A stretch of 56,861 nucleotides of DNA from positions 1 through 56,861 of the forward strand of contig JBDHJS010000021.1 of the NCBI GenBank assembly GCA_039586795.1, read 5' to 3'. Both the position numbers and the translations under genes were made by a program. Each line of letters opens with the position of its first letter. Positions within the stretch are counted from its first letter, which is position 1. Below the pieces are notes generated by a model that made no database searches, had not been told where the DNA came from, and saw nothing but the letters and a program-made list of their open reading frames with translations. Positions 18,805 through 28,451 of the stretch are shown here, piece after piece. The DNA is from Gemmatimonadota bacterium (GTDB lineage Bacteria > Gemmatimonadota > Gemmatimonadetes > Palauibacterales > KS3-K002).

Positions 18805-20958
18805 CTACGGAACCGGAAAGCCCCGGTCCCTCATCAGGGCGTCGATCGTAGCGTCACGTCCCCGGAACGCGCGATAAGCATCTGCCGGATCCACAGAATT
18901 CCTCACCGCGAACAGGTGCTCGACCAGTCGCGCCGCCAGCTCCTTGTCGTAAAAGCCGCCAGGCGCCTCGGCGAAGGCCTCCGCCGCGTCGGCCGTCAGC
19001 ACATCCGCCCAGATGTATGAGTAATACCCTGCCGAATATCCCTCGCCCGAGAAGATGTGTCCGAAATGCGGGCTTCGGTGACGCATCACGATCTCGTCGG
19101 GCATGTTCAGTCGCCGAAGCGCCCGCTGCTCGAATGCGTCCGGATCGAGCCTGGACGGATCCAGCGTATGGTACAACATGTCAACCAGCGCCGAGGCCAG
19201 GTACTCGGTCGTCTCGAATCCCTGGTTGAACGTCGCCGCGTTTCTGATCTTCTGGACCAGCTCAGCCGGGATCGGTTCACCGGTTTCAACGTGCAACAGG
19301 TAACCTTCGATGATCTTGTCCGTCAGGAGCCAGCGTTCGAGGAGCTGCGACTGAAACTCCGTGTAGTCACGTACGCCGCCATTCAGTGACGGGTAGGCGA
19401 CATTGGACGAGAGGTAGTGTAGCGCGTGGCCGAACTCGTGGAACAAGGTCTCCGCGTCGCTCCACGAAATCAGAACCGCTTCACCCGGCGCGCCCTTGAT
19501 GAAGTTGGAGTTATTCGAACCGAGCGTTGTGATCTTCTCGTCGAAAGTCTCGTGGCTTCGATAGGCCGTCGCCCAGGCGCCCGAGCGCTTGCCCGGACGC
19601 GCAAACGGATCGAGATACCACAGCCCGATATGGTCACCGCTCGTACGATCCGTGACTTCGTACACCGTCACGTCCTCATGAAATACGGGCACTGAGCCAT
19701 CTGTTATGGGCGTGAAATCGAAGTTGAACAGTTCGCCCGCCACGAAGTGCATGGCGGCGATCAGGTTGTCGAGCTGCAAGTATTGCTTGACCTCATCTGA
19801 GTCGAGATCATACTTGGCCTGGCGTACCTTCTCCGCGTAATAGCGGTAGTCCCACGGAGCGATCGTTATGCCCGCGCCTTCGGCGTCCGCGACGGCCTGC
19901 ATGTCGGCGACTTCCTCCGCCACTCGAGCGATCGCCGCCGGCCAAACGGCCTCGAGGAGCTCGAAGGCCCGATCCGGCGTCTTCGCCATCCGGTTCTCCA
20001 GGCGCCAGGCGGCGTAGTTCTCGTAGCCGAGCAGGTGGACTCGCTCGTTCCGCAGCTGGAGGATTTCCGTGATCAAGGCATTGTTGTCGTGTTCATCCCC
20101 GTTGTCGCCGCGGCTGTAATACGTTCTCCAGACCGTCTCGCGTAGATCACGCTCGTCGGAATAGGTCAGGAACGGGTCCATCGAAGAGCGTGTATTGGTG
20201 ATCGCGTACTGCCCCTCGTGGCCACGATCCGTGGCGGCCGCTGCCGCGGCACCAACGAACGCTTCCGGTAGACCGCCCAGTTGGTCTTCGTCTAAGTAAG
20301 TGACGTAGCCCTCTTCATCCGCCAGCACGTTGTTGGCGAACCGCGTGTGCAGCTCAGCAAGGCGCTGGTTGATTTCGGCGTAGCGTTCCTTCGCCTCTCC
20401 CGTCAGCGTCGCTCCGTTTCGCGCAAAACCGTCATAGACCAGCCAGAGCAGCCGCTGCTGGTCGGGGCGAAGCTCTTTCGCCTCCTCGCTCTCGTAGACC
20501 GTCCGGATTCGCTCGAACAGAGCTTGATTCTGTACGATCTTCGAGTTGAACTCGGCTAGCTTCGGCGCCATCTCCTGCTGGATCTCGCGAAACTCCGGTG
20601 ACGACAGGTTGGCGCCCCAGATGCCGAAGTAGCGCGTCACTCTGTTGAAATCCTTGCCCGCTCGTTCCATGGCGGCGATGGTGTTCTCGAACGTCGGTGG
20701 CTCGGGATTCGTGGCGATCGCCTCGATCTCGGCGAGATTGCGCTCCATCCCGGTTTCCAGCGCCGGCTTCAGGTCACCCAGGTCCATGAGGTCGAAGTAC
20801 GGCACGCCTCCGTAGGGTCCCGTCCACTCGGCGAGCAGGACGTTGCCGTTGGCGGCTGAGATCGCCATCTCGGCGGCCTCGTCGTCGGCCCGGTCGCCGC
20901 ACGCAACTGTGAGGATCAGTGCGACGACGCCTGCGGTCGTCTTTACAAGTGTGCGCAT
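18805..20958 (-). CDS. M3 family metallopeptidase (peptidyl-dipeptidase Dcp-like) lipoprotein
   Basis: HEFGH zinc motif, KRSGAW, DYTEFQSQ and HIFSGEGYSAGYYSY; lipobox TVAC; ATG 20958 after GAGGGG. Confidence 0.93.
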   Translation of the reverse strand: MRTLVKTTAGVVALILTVACGDRADDEAAEMAISAANGNVLLAEWTGPYGGVPYFDLMDLGDLKPALETGMERNLAEIEAIATNPEPPTFENTIAAMERAGKDFNRVTRYFGIWGANLSSPEFREIQQEMAPKLAEFNSKIVQNQALFERIRTVYESEEAKELRPDQQRLLWLVYDGFARNGATLTGEAKERYAEINQRLAELHTRFANNVLADEEGYVTYLDEDQLGGLPEAFVGAAAAAATDRGHEGQYAITNTRSSMDPFLTYSDERDLRETVWRTYYSRGDNGDEHDNNALITEILQLRNERVHLLGYENYAAWRLENRMAKTPDRAFELLEAVWPAAIARVAEEVADMQAVADAEGAGITIAPWDYRYYAEKVRQAKYDLDSDEVKQYLQLDNLIAAMHFVAGELFNFDFTPITDGSVPVFHEDVTVYEVTDRTSGDHIGLWYLDPFARPGKRSGAWATAYRSHETFDEKITTLGSNNSNFIKGAPGEAVLISWSDAETLFHEFGHALHYLSSNVAYPSLNGGVRDYTEFQSQLLERWLLTDKIIEGYLLHVETGEPIPAELVQKIRNAATFNQGFETTEYLASALVDMLYHTLDPSRLDPDAFEQRALRRLNMPDEIVMRHRSPHFGHIFSGEGYSAGYYSYIWADVLTADAAEAFAEAPGGFYDKELAARLVEHLFAVRNSVDPADAYRAFRGRDATIDALMRDRGFPVP

Positions 20959-21232
20959 AGTCTTGCGTCCCCCTCTGTTGGAATATTCGCTCACCATTCT
21001 AGCGGTCGGGTTTCCGCCGGGCAATCGTGATCTCTATCACGGAAAACGCTGAAGACATTCCCTCCTGACAAAGGGCCGATCACGACCACGACCATGTTGC
21101 CGACCAGCGTCTGAGCTAGCATGTTAGGAACAGCCCAAACATCTCCCACCTCTACGTGCGATTTGTCCCGCTCAGCTACGGAATAACGTCTAAGGCTGAA
21201 GAAATATCCGTCCATCAAGATGGGAGGCACCC

Positions 21233-22867
21233 ATGAGCAGGAATTCACCGCACCTAACCGCTCTCCTAATAGTTGCCCTTCTATTAGTGGGAGCGCCGGG
21301 CGCCCTGAGTGTGGAGCGTACGCAACAAGATGAAGGCGACAAGGCCCGGGTAGCGGTTGGCGAGATGACGTCAAGCGACGATGAGTGTACAGCCGGGATG
21401 ACCATGGCTATCAGCGACATGTTGTCTTCCGCGCTAGCCAATTCCGATAAGTTCGTCGTCGTCGATGATGTCGGGGCAATGGGGAACACGGGCATCGTCG
21501 TAAATGGCACGATAAAGAAGTTCGATCCCGAGAGCGGCGGAGGTATGCGGGCGCGGGCGCTACGAGAAGTCGGTGTGGACGAGAAATCAGCTGAGATAGA
21601 GATCGATTTTCGGCTCGTTGACGGCGGCAGCGGCCGCGTGCTCGAGTCAAAGTCCGTAAAGGCGAAATCGACCAACTGGGACGCTGACGACACAGGCGGA
21701 AGCTGGGTCGAGGACATCGTTCTAGCGGGGGCCCTGGGTGAGTACGACGGCGAGCCGATGGAGGATGCGATTCGCGAGGTCCTGGCTCGTGCCGTGGAGA
21801 TGATCGGCAAGGAGATTCCTGACGAGTACTTCCGGTTCACGGGCGAAGAGCAGCTAGGTGTAGCGGCAGGGGTCGCCGGCGGCGCGTCAGGGTCCGCGGG
21901 TGTGGCGGAAGACATGAGCCTGTTCACGAGGTATGATTTCGTGCCGGGCAACAAGATCATCTTCTATGACGACATGGCCGACGAAGAGGTCGGTGAGTTC
22001 CCCTATCGCTGGAACTTGGATTCGGGTGTATACGAGGTCGTCCGCTTCGGCGGCGAGTTCTGGATCATGGCAACAGATGATGGATCCGTTCGCCCCAGGA
22101 TCCCCGATGCGGAGCTTCCGACGAAATACACGGTCGAGCTGGAGTTCTACAATCACGGTCCGGAGTACACGGGCAACTACTTCTACTTGCATTGGGTCGG
22201 TGATGACGGCCGCAATATCGGGTCGTTCGGCGTCTACAGTAACGAGAGCACGTGGCTTGAGATCGGAGGCAGATCGCTTGCCGACAAGAAGCTGGCCACG
22301 GAGCTGACGAAAGGCATACACACCCTGCGAGTCATGGCCACAACGCGCTCTATCAAGTGCTACGTGGACGAAGAGCGTGTGTGCAACGTGCCGAAAGTGG
22401 AGGGCTTTGCTCCGGTCGGCTTCCGTCTACGCCACCGGCCTTACCGGGATCCCGACAACCCCACGTTGTTCAGGGGCTTCCGATTCGCTGAAGGCGGCAA
22501 GAGCATGCGCGATCAACTGGATGAGGACGGAAAGATCGTCACGCACGGCATACTCTTCGATTCCGGCTCATACACGATCAAGGGCGAGTCCTACAAGACC
22601 CTCGCCGATATCGGACAGCTCTTGCAGGATGACCCCGAGCTGAGACTGTCCATCGAGGGGCACACCGACAGCGATGGGTCGGAGGAACAGAATCAGGCCC
22701 TTTCACAGAATAGAGCGAACTCTGTCCTCGAGTACCTGATCGCCACCTACAGCATAGAGAGGGACCGACTGGAGGCTAAAGGGTGGGGAGAAGCGAAGCC
22801 GATCGATGCAAACGACTCGGCCGAAGGCAAGGCGAACAACCGGCGCGTTGAGCTCGTGAAACTGTGA
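21233..22867 (+). CDS. Exported OmpA-family protein with an N-terminal CsgG/HfaB-like domain
   Basis: Signal peptide; N-terminal ISDMLSSAL..SDKFVVVD and IDFRLVD...GRVL; C-terminal OmpA motifs ILFDSGS, IEGHTDSDG, NQALSQNRA and NRRVE. Confidence 0.85.
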   Translation: MSRNSPHLTALLIVALLLVGAPGALSVERTQQDEGDKARVAVGEMTSSDDECTAGMTMAISDMLSSALANSDKFVVVDDVGAMGNTGIVVNGTIKKFDPESGGGMRARALREVGVDEKSAEIEIDFRLVDGGSGRVLESKSVKAKSTNWDADDTGGSWVEDIVLAGALGEYDGEPMEDAIREVLARAVEMIGKEIPDEYFRFTGEEQLGVAAGVAGGASGSAGVAEDMSLFTRYDFVPGNKIIFYDDMADEEVGEFPYRWNLDSGVYEVVRFGGEFWIMATDDGSVRPRIPDAELPTKYTVELEFYNHGPEYTGNYFYLHWVGDDGRNIGSFGVYSNESTWLEIGGRSLADKKLATELTKGIHTLRVMATTRSIKCYVDEERVCNVPKVEGFAPVGFRLRHRPYRDPDNPTLFRGFRFAEGGKSMRDQLDEDGKIVTHGILFDSGSYTIKGESYKTLADIGQLLQDDPELRLSIEGHTDSDGSEEQNQALSQNRANSVLEYLIATYSIERDRLEAKGWGEAKPIDANDSAEGKANNRRVELVKL

Positions 22868-22945
22868 GGTAGAAGCACTACTAATAACGATTATATTTAG
22901 CTGTGCGTTGACCCCACCTCCATTCGACACTTCGTGAGGTGATAC

Positions 22946-23161
22946 ATGGCTGTGAGGAGAGTGAGGAACAGGAGCTTCCGTTCCGCGACCGTCCGTGGAT
23001 CGTGGGGTTGTCCGTTGACCAAGAGCCGCACCAACTGGTGCTACCGTATGTGCATGCCCGTTAACGGATTAGGCGCCTGCGGGCGGATCGCTCCCCACAC
23101 GTTGAGAGGTCGCACCGACCTGGCTATCGAGAAACAGCTCGCGAACGCGCGCACAAGGTAA
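22946..23161 (+). CDS. Small basic Cys-rich protein (71 aa)
   Basis: GAGGTG SD 4 nt before ATG; sits alone in the intergenic gap; followed by a strong terminator; C-x9-C-x3-C-x8-C followed by His. Confidence 0.7.
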   Translation: MAVRRVRNRSFRSATVRGSWGCPLTKSRTNWCYRMCMPVNGLGACGRIAPHTLRGRTDLAIEKQLANARTR

Positions 23162-23188
23162 CCAGGTTCATAATAGAGTTCAGAATAC

Positions 23189-23230
23189 AAACGCCCCGCA
23201 GTTCACCGAGAGCTGTGGGGCGTTTCTGTT
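23189..23230 (+). terminator. Rho-independent terminator
   Basis: AAACGCCCCGCAGTTC-accga-GAGCTGTGGGGCGTTT followed by CTGTT. Confidence 0.85.
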
Positions 23231-23314
23231 CCAGGACGCCGGCCACGTCCGCTTTTCCTCGCGCGTGAGCTCAGGCTGGCGCAGTTCTGAAATACCAGAT
23301 TAGCTTGCCTGGTC

Positions 23315-24298
23315 ATGGAAGAGGTTACTCGTCAACTCATCGAGCATGGATACCTGATCCTATTCGTCTGGGTGCTCCTGGATCAGGCGGGCCTGCCTTT
23401 GCCGTCGGCGCCCGCGCTACTGGCAGCTGGGGCCCTTGCCGGCCTGGGTGAACTGAGCCTCGCTGGGGTTCTGCTGACTGCGGCCGTCGCCTCTCTACCG
23501 GGTCACATCTTGCTTTACGATATCGGCCGGCGCCGCGGCGGACCCGTGCTCGGTCTGGCCTGCAGGATATCCCTCGAGCCGGATTCTTGCGTTCGCCGGA
23601 CGGAAGAGCTCTTCGTCCGTCACGGGGCACGAGCGATCTTCTTCGCCCGCTTCGTTCCCGCATTGGAAACTGTCGCCCCAGCACTCGCCGGCGTCTTCCG
23701 GATGCGCTTCAGCCGCTTCCTGCTCTTTTCATTATCGGGCATGGCAATGTGGCTGCTGATCTTTATCGGGCTGGGGTTTCTGCTCGACCAGCAGCTTGTT
23801 CGCGTCTCACAGCTCCTGGGCCGGCTTGGTGAAGGGATGTTCATCATATTGGGCGGCACGTTCGTGGCATATCTGGTCGCGAAGTATGTTCGGCGACAAC
23901 GATTCATCCGGGCTCTTCAGGTTGCCCGCATCACGCCAGATGAGCTGAAACGGAAACTGGACGCCGGCGACGACATTGAGATCGTCGATATGCGTCACGC
24001 GCTGGATTTCGAGGCCGAACCCGAGACGATTCCGGGGGCCAACTTCATTCCCCTCGAGGAGTTCGGCGAGCGATACAAGGAAATCCCGCACGACCGAGAA
24101 GTCGTGCTCTACTGTACTTGACCGAACGAAACGACGAGTGCCCGGGTGGCGCTTCTCCTCAGCAACCGTGGAATCAAGAAAGTCCGACCGCTCGCCGGAG
24201 GCCTCGAGGGTTGGCGCCGCCGCGGCTATCCGCTTGCTGGCGGCAAATCGCCCGTTAGCACTCCTCCCTCGTCAGTTGATGGCGAAGCAGTAGAATAA
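23315..24298 (+). CDS. DedA/VTT-rhodanese fusion, probable selenoprotein (Sec at TGA 24119-24121; 327 aa)
   Basis: DedA motifs (LDQAGLPLP, FFARFVP), then a rhodanese domain interrupted at VVLYCT*; the same frame continues PNETTSARVALLL..RGIKKVRPLAGGLEGW..RGYPL to TAA 24296-98. Confidence 0.85.
24135..24155 (+). promoter_or_regulatory. Candidate bacterial SECIS hairpin
   Basis: GAGUGCC-cgggu-GGCGCUU stem-loop; the G-containing apical loop begins about 21 nt 3' of the UGA. Confidence 0.6.
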
Positions 24299-24913
24299 GC
24301 CGTTCCCTCCGGTCCCCCGCAGGTTCTCCTGGCTGCAACCCCGCGAGCCGTGAGCGGAGTTCCATGATGAGGGGTTGGCGCCCCCGCCGGTGCGGTCGTG
24401 ATGCCCGACTTGGGCCGTCCCCTCGCCGTTGCTCGTCCAGTTCCTGCAGTTATCGTAGACTTCACCCGTGAAGGCGGTGCCGTCGAGATTTGAGCCCGTG
24501 AGAATGTCGTGCATGTTGGGACTGTCGCCTCGGCCGCGCACCATGTCCCCATTTTCCGTCAGAGCCGTCTCTTTGTTGATGTTGTTGTCTTCGCTATGCA
24601 GGTTGGCGACGCTTTCGGCGATCATCACGCCTTCGGCGTTGTACCACGGGCCAACACCGATTCGGTCCCGAGCGTGCACGGCCGGCTCGACGGTCGTCGC
24701 GACCGTGCTCAGATAGGCTCGCCACTCCAGACTTCCGGCGCCAACCGCCTCGGCCAACCTCTGACAGTGCTGGTCCGCGCCCGCTAGGCCGCCAAGATTT
24801 GCTCCGTCACCCGGTCCCACACTGGTGAGGAAGAAAGTCATCGGACGGTCCTGCCGCTCGGCCGGGACGCCCAAGAGCAACAATGCGACCAGTATCGCGG
24901 ACACCTTCGCCAT
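24272..24913 (-). CDS. Exported endostatin/C-type-lectin-like domain protein
   Basis: AAGGAG SD before ATG 24913; signal peptide; FFLTS, NLGGLAGADQHCQ, WRAYLS, ARDRIG.GPW and C-terminal FYCFA. Confidence 0.8.
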   Translation of the reverse strand: MAKVSAILVALLLLGVPAERQDRPMTFFLTSVGPGDGANLGGLAGADQHCQRLAEAVGAGSLEWRAYLSTVATTVEPAVHARDRIGVGPWYNAEGVMIAESVANLHSEDNNINKETALTENGDMVRGRGDSPNMHDILTGSNLDGTAFTGEVYDNCRNWTSNGEGTAQVGHHDRTGGGANPSSWNSAHGSRGCSQENLRGTGGNGLFYCFAIN

Positions 24914-25083
24914 CACAGGCTCCTTTCGCACGATTGTTGGTGTTGTTCGCACGGAATGTGGGTGCGCCCCTTTACTCTCGCTAGGGGTAGGGAGTGGCTG
25001 AGCAAGTGCAGGAATGTTGCTCGGCAGAATGGCTGGGCTCATCTTGTCCTCTAGTCCAACGCGGAAACCGAACGGCTGCCATT

Positions 25084-25800
25084 ATGGAATTTCCTAATTC
25101 ATATGCCGACCCTCGATACGCTGAAGCGTACGCGAAGCTCGAATTTCCCGGGACCTACTATCTGGCCTACCGTGATCTGCCGGACATCGTGCTCAAGCAT
25201 GCGAGTGGAACGCGAGCGCTGGATTTCGGATGCGGCACCGGCCGATCGACGAGATTCTTGCGGCGACACGGGTTCGATGTGATTGGCGTGGACATCGCGG
25301 CGAACATGATCGACCGGGCACGGGAGATCGACCCGGCCGGTGACTACCGACTCCTCCCGGAAGGAGATTTCGTCGAACTGGGAAACGACTCGTTCGATCT
25401 CGTGCTTTCGGCGTTCACCTTCGACAACATTCCCACCTTGGAGAGGAAAGTCAGCCTGTTTGCCGGCTTGAGGGGGCTTTTGAAGCCCGAAGGACGGATC
25501 GTGAATCTGGTCTCGTCGCCCGATATCTACCTTCATGAGTGGGCATCATTCTCTACTCGAGATTTCCCCGAGAATCGGGCGGCCCGTAGCGGAGACACGG
25601 TGAGGATCGTGGTCACCGACCTGGACGATAAGCGTCCAGTCGAGGACATCCTCTGGACGCATGACGCCTACCGGGACGTGTTTGATGCGTCGGGACTCAC
25701 GATCTTGGAAACGCACCGACCTCTCGCGACCGACGCTGAGCCCTTCGATTGGATCAACGAGACAGAGATATCGCCCTGGTCCATCTACGTGCTAGGTTGA
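25084..25800 (+). CDS. Class I SAM-dependent methyltransferase
   Basis: ALDFGCGTGRS motif I, VIGVDI, FDLVL and LKPEG. Confidence 0.9.
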   Translation: MEFPNSYADPRYAEAYAKLEFPGTYYLAYRDLPDIVLKHASGTRALDFGCGTGRSTRFLRRHGFDVIGVDIAANMIDRAREIDPAGDYRLLPEGDFVELGNDSFDLVLSAFTFDNIPTLERKVSLFAGLRGLLKPEGRIVNLVSSPDIYLHEWASFSTRDFPENRAARSGDTVRIVVTDLDDKRPVEDILWTHDAYRDVFDASGLTILETHRPLATDAEPFDWINETEISPWSIYVLG

Positions 25801-25852
25801 TCATGATACCGAATCCCGGATACCCCGAATCACCCAATTTCCTGGGGGCAGT

Positions 25853-26332
25853 ATGAAGCGCACCATTCAGTTCACTCTCAACGGCGAGTCCGTGAGCCTC
25901 GAGACCAATGCTGAGCGGAAGCTCCTCTGGGTCCTCCGTACTGACCTGGAATTGACCGGCACCAAATACGGTTGCGGCGCCGGTTTCTGCGGGTCTTGCA
26001 CGGTGGTCGTTGACGGAAAGGCCGTGCGATCCTGCGTGACAACGCTGAGTGACGTGGAGGGCGCCAGAGTGACCACGGTCGAGGGGCTGGCCGAGGGTGG
26101 CCGATTGCACGCGCTACAGGAAGCGTTCATTGAGGCCGGCGGCTATCAGTGCGGCTACTGCACGCCAGGGATGCTGATGAACGCCTACGGTCTGTTGCTC
26201 GAGAATCCAAGACCATCCAGAGACGAGATCATCGAGGGGATGGAGAACAACATCTGTCGTTGTTCCGCATACACGAGGATCGTCGAGGCGATTGAGCTGG
26301 CCTCCGGAGCGACGGGAGGCAGCCATGGGTGA
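25853..26332 (+). CDS. (2Fe-2S)-binding small subunit of a xanthine-dehydrogenase-family Mo enzyme (CoxS/IorA-like)
   Basis: GTKYGCGAGFCGSC, RSC, QCGYCTPG and NICRC. Confidence 0.95.
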   Translation: MKRTIQFTLNGESVSLETNAERKLLWVLRTDLELTGTKYGCGAGFCGSCTVVVDGKAVRSCVTTLSDVEGARVTTVEGLAEGGRLHALQEAFIEAGGYQCGYCTPGMLMNAYGLLLENPRPSRDEIIEGMENNICRCSAYTRIVEAIELASGATGGSHG

Positions 26333-28451
26333 TGCGACCCGGATGGACCGGCGTGATTTCGTGAAACTGCTGGGCGGCGGTATCGTCGTCGTCGTGAACC
26401 TTGGGCCGCTAACGCTTTTCAACACACGTTCCCCTGCGGGCTTCCAGCGCGGCTATCCAGAGGATATCAACGCCTACCTGCACATTGCGCAAGACGGAAC
26501 GGTGACCCTCTACTCCGGCAAGATCGAGATGGGGCAGGGCGTCATGACGTCGCTGACGCAGATGGCGGCAGAAGACTTGTCGGTTCGGTTAAGCTCGATG
26601 CGAATCGTCATGGGCGATACCGATACATGCCCGTGGGACATGGGTACGTTCGGGTCTCTCTCGACCCGTATGTTCGGACCCGCGGTGCGCGCCGCCGCCG
26701 CTCAGGCCAGGCTGATCCTAACCGACCTGGGCGCTCAGCGCTTCGGTGTATCTCGGGACGAGGTCGTGGTCGATAACGGAGTCGTCTGGCTGAAGGAAGA
26801 CCGCAGCAAGCATGTGACGTACGGTCAGTTGGCCAAAGGCCAGGCGATCACGCACACTGTCGATCAGAAGGCGGTGCTCCGCGCCGTCGAAGAGTTCAAA
26901 GTGATGGGCTCTTCGGCGGCTCGGCTCGACGGCCACGAGAAGGTGACGGGTGCGGCGGAGTACGCTGGCGACATAAAGCTTCCGGGGATGTTCTATGCGC
27001 GGATCCTTCGTCCTCCGGCGCACGGTGCGACGCTGAGACGCGTCGATACCTCCGCGGCAGAGGCCATGACGGGCGTCCGCGTCGTGAACCAGGAGGGCCT
27101 GATCGCCTGCCTGGCCCGAGATCCGGAAACGGCGGAGGCGGCACTCAAGCAGGTGGACGCCGACTTCGACCTGCCGACGCCCAGCGTCGATACAGAGAGT
27201 ATCTTTGACCATCTGGTGAACAACGCGCCACCGGCCAATGTGGAAGAAGAAGCGGGCGACTTGGAGGCCGGCCGAAGCGCGTGCGCTCAGACGGTCGACA
27301 CGTCCTATTACAACAGCTACGTCGCCCACGCGCCGCTGGAGCCCCACACAGCAGTCGCCCAGTTCGAGGACGGGAAACTGACGGTGTGGTCTTCCACTCA
27401 AGCGCCGTTCGGTCAGCAGCGGACCCTATCGAGAGAACTCGGCCTCGATCCTGACAACGTCCGCGTGATCACGCCGTACGTCGGCGGTGGGTTCGGCGGA
27501 AAAGTCGGCGGACTACAGGCCGAAGAAGCGGCGCGCCTGGCCATGTTCACGGGTGCGCCCGTCCAGGTCGCCTGGACCCGCGCCGAGGAGTTCTTCTACG
27601 ACACGTTCCGGCCGGCGGCCGTCATCAAGCTCGAGTCCGGCATTGACGAGAACGGCAGGATCTTGCTGTGGGACTATCATGTCTACGGCGCCGGCTCCCG
27701 CGGCTCGGATGTCTTCTACGACATTCCCAATCGAGCCGTGCAGGTCTACGGCGAGTGGGGAAGGGCTCCCCGTGGACTGCACCCGTTTGCGGTCGGCGCC
27801 TGGCGTGCGCCAGCGGCGAACAGCAACCGCTTCGCCGCCGAACAGCAGATCGATATCATGGCCTACTCGGCGGGTATCGATCCGCTGGAGTTCCGCTTGA
27901 AGAACACCACAGACAAGCGCATGATCGCAACGCTCGAAACGGTCGCCGATGCGTACGGCTGGAAACCGGCCGCAGCGCCGCGCGAGGATGGCCGAGGCCG
28001 GGGGCTGGCGTGCGGAATCGATGCCGAGACCTACGTAGCTCTCATCGCCGACGTCACCGTCGACACCGAGAGCGGCGCGGTCAAAGTCGACCGAATCGTA
28101 TGCGCTCAGGATATGGGTATCGTGGTCAATCCGGAGGGCGCGCGTATGCAGATGGAAGGGTGCATCGCGATGGGCCTGGGCTACGTATTCTCCGAAGAAA
28201 TCCGCTTCGAGGGTGGCAAGATCATCGACTCGAACTTCGGGACCTACGAGCTAGCTCGCTTCTCCTGGATGCCGAAGATCGAGACCGTGTTCGTCTCGAA
28301 TGACGATCTGCCACCCAAGGGCGGCGGCGAGCCCGCGATCATCAACATGGGAGCCGTGGTCGCGAACGCGATCTTCGATGCGACCGGCGCGCGGATCCGC
28401 AGATTGCCAATGACGCCCGAGCGAGTGCTAGCCGAGATCAGGGGCGCCTGA
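26325..28451 (+). CDS. Molybdopterin-binding large subunit (IorB/aldehyde oxidoreductase-like) with a Tat-like motif
   Basis: DRRDFVK twin-arginine motif; KIEMGQG, HAPLEP, VGGGFGGK, WRAP and GGGEP. Confidence 0.93.
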   Translation: MGDATRMDRRDFVKLLGGGIVVVVNLGPLTLFNTRSPAGFQRGYPEDINAYLHIAQDGTVTLYSGKIEMGQGVMTSLTQMAAEDLSVRLSSMRIVMGDTDTCPWDMGTFGSLSTRMFGPAVRAAAAQARLILTDLGAQRFGVSRDEVVVDNGVVWLKEDRSKHVTYGQLAKGQAITHTVDQKAVLRAVEEFKVMGSSAARLDGHEKVTGAAEYAGDIKLPGMFYARILRPPAHGATLRRVDTSAAEAMTGVRVVNQEGLIACLARDPETAEAALKQVDADFDLPTPSVDTESIFDHLVNNAPPANVEEEAGDLEAGRSACAQTVDTSYYNSYVAHAPLEPHTAVAQFEDGKLTVWSSTQAPFGQQRTLSRELGLDPDNVRVITPYVGGGFGGKVGGLQAEEAARLAMFTGAPVQVAWTRAEEFFYDTFRPAAVIKLESGIDENGRILLWDYHVYGAGSRGSDVFYDIPNRAVQVYGEWGRAPRGLHPFAVGAWRAPAANSNRFAAEQQIDIMAYSAGIDPLEFRLKNTTDKRMIATLETVADAYGWKPAAAPREDGRGRGLACGIDAETYVALIADVTVDTESGAVKVDRIVCAQDMGIVVNPEGARMQMEGCIAMGLGYVFSEEIRFEGGKIIDSNFGTYELARFSWMPKIETVFVSNDDLPPKGGGEPAIINMGAVVANAIFDATGARIRRLPMTPERVLAEIRGA

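Noticed and set aside
11700..22888. Shared 9-mer ACTAATAAC in two AT-rich intergenic regions (about 11700 and 22880)
   Set aside because: Too short to separate from chance without a genome-wide count.
23976..24293. Frameshift explanation for the DedA-rhodanese C-terminus via the overlapping 105-aa ORF
   Set aside because: That frame has no rhodanese motifs; the missing motifs are in the original frame directly after the TGA.
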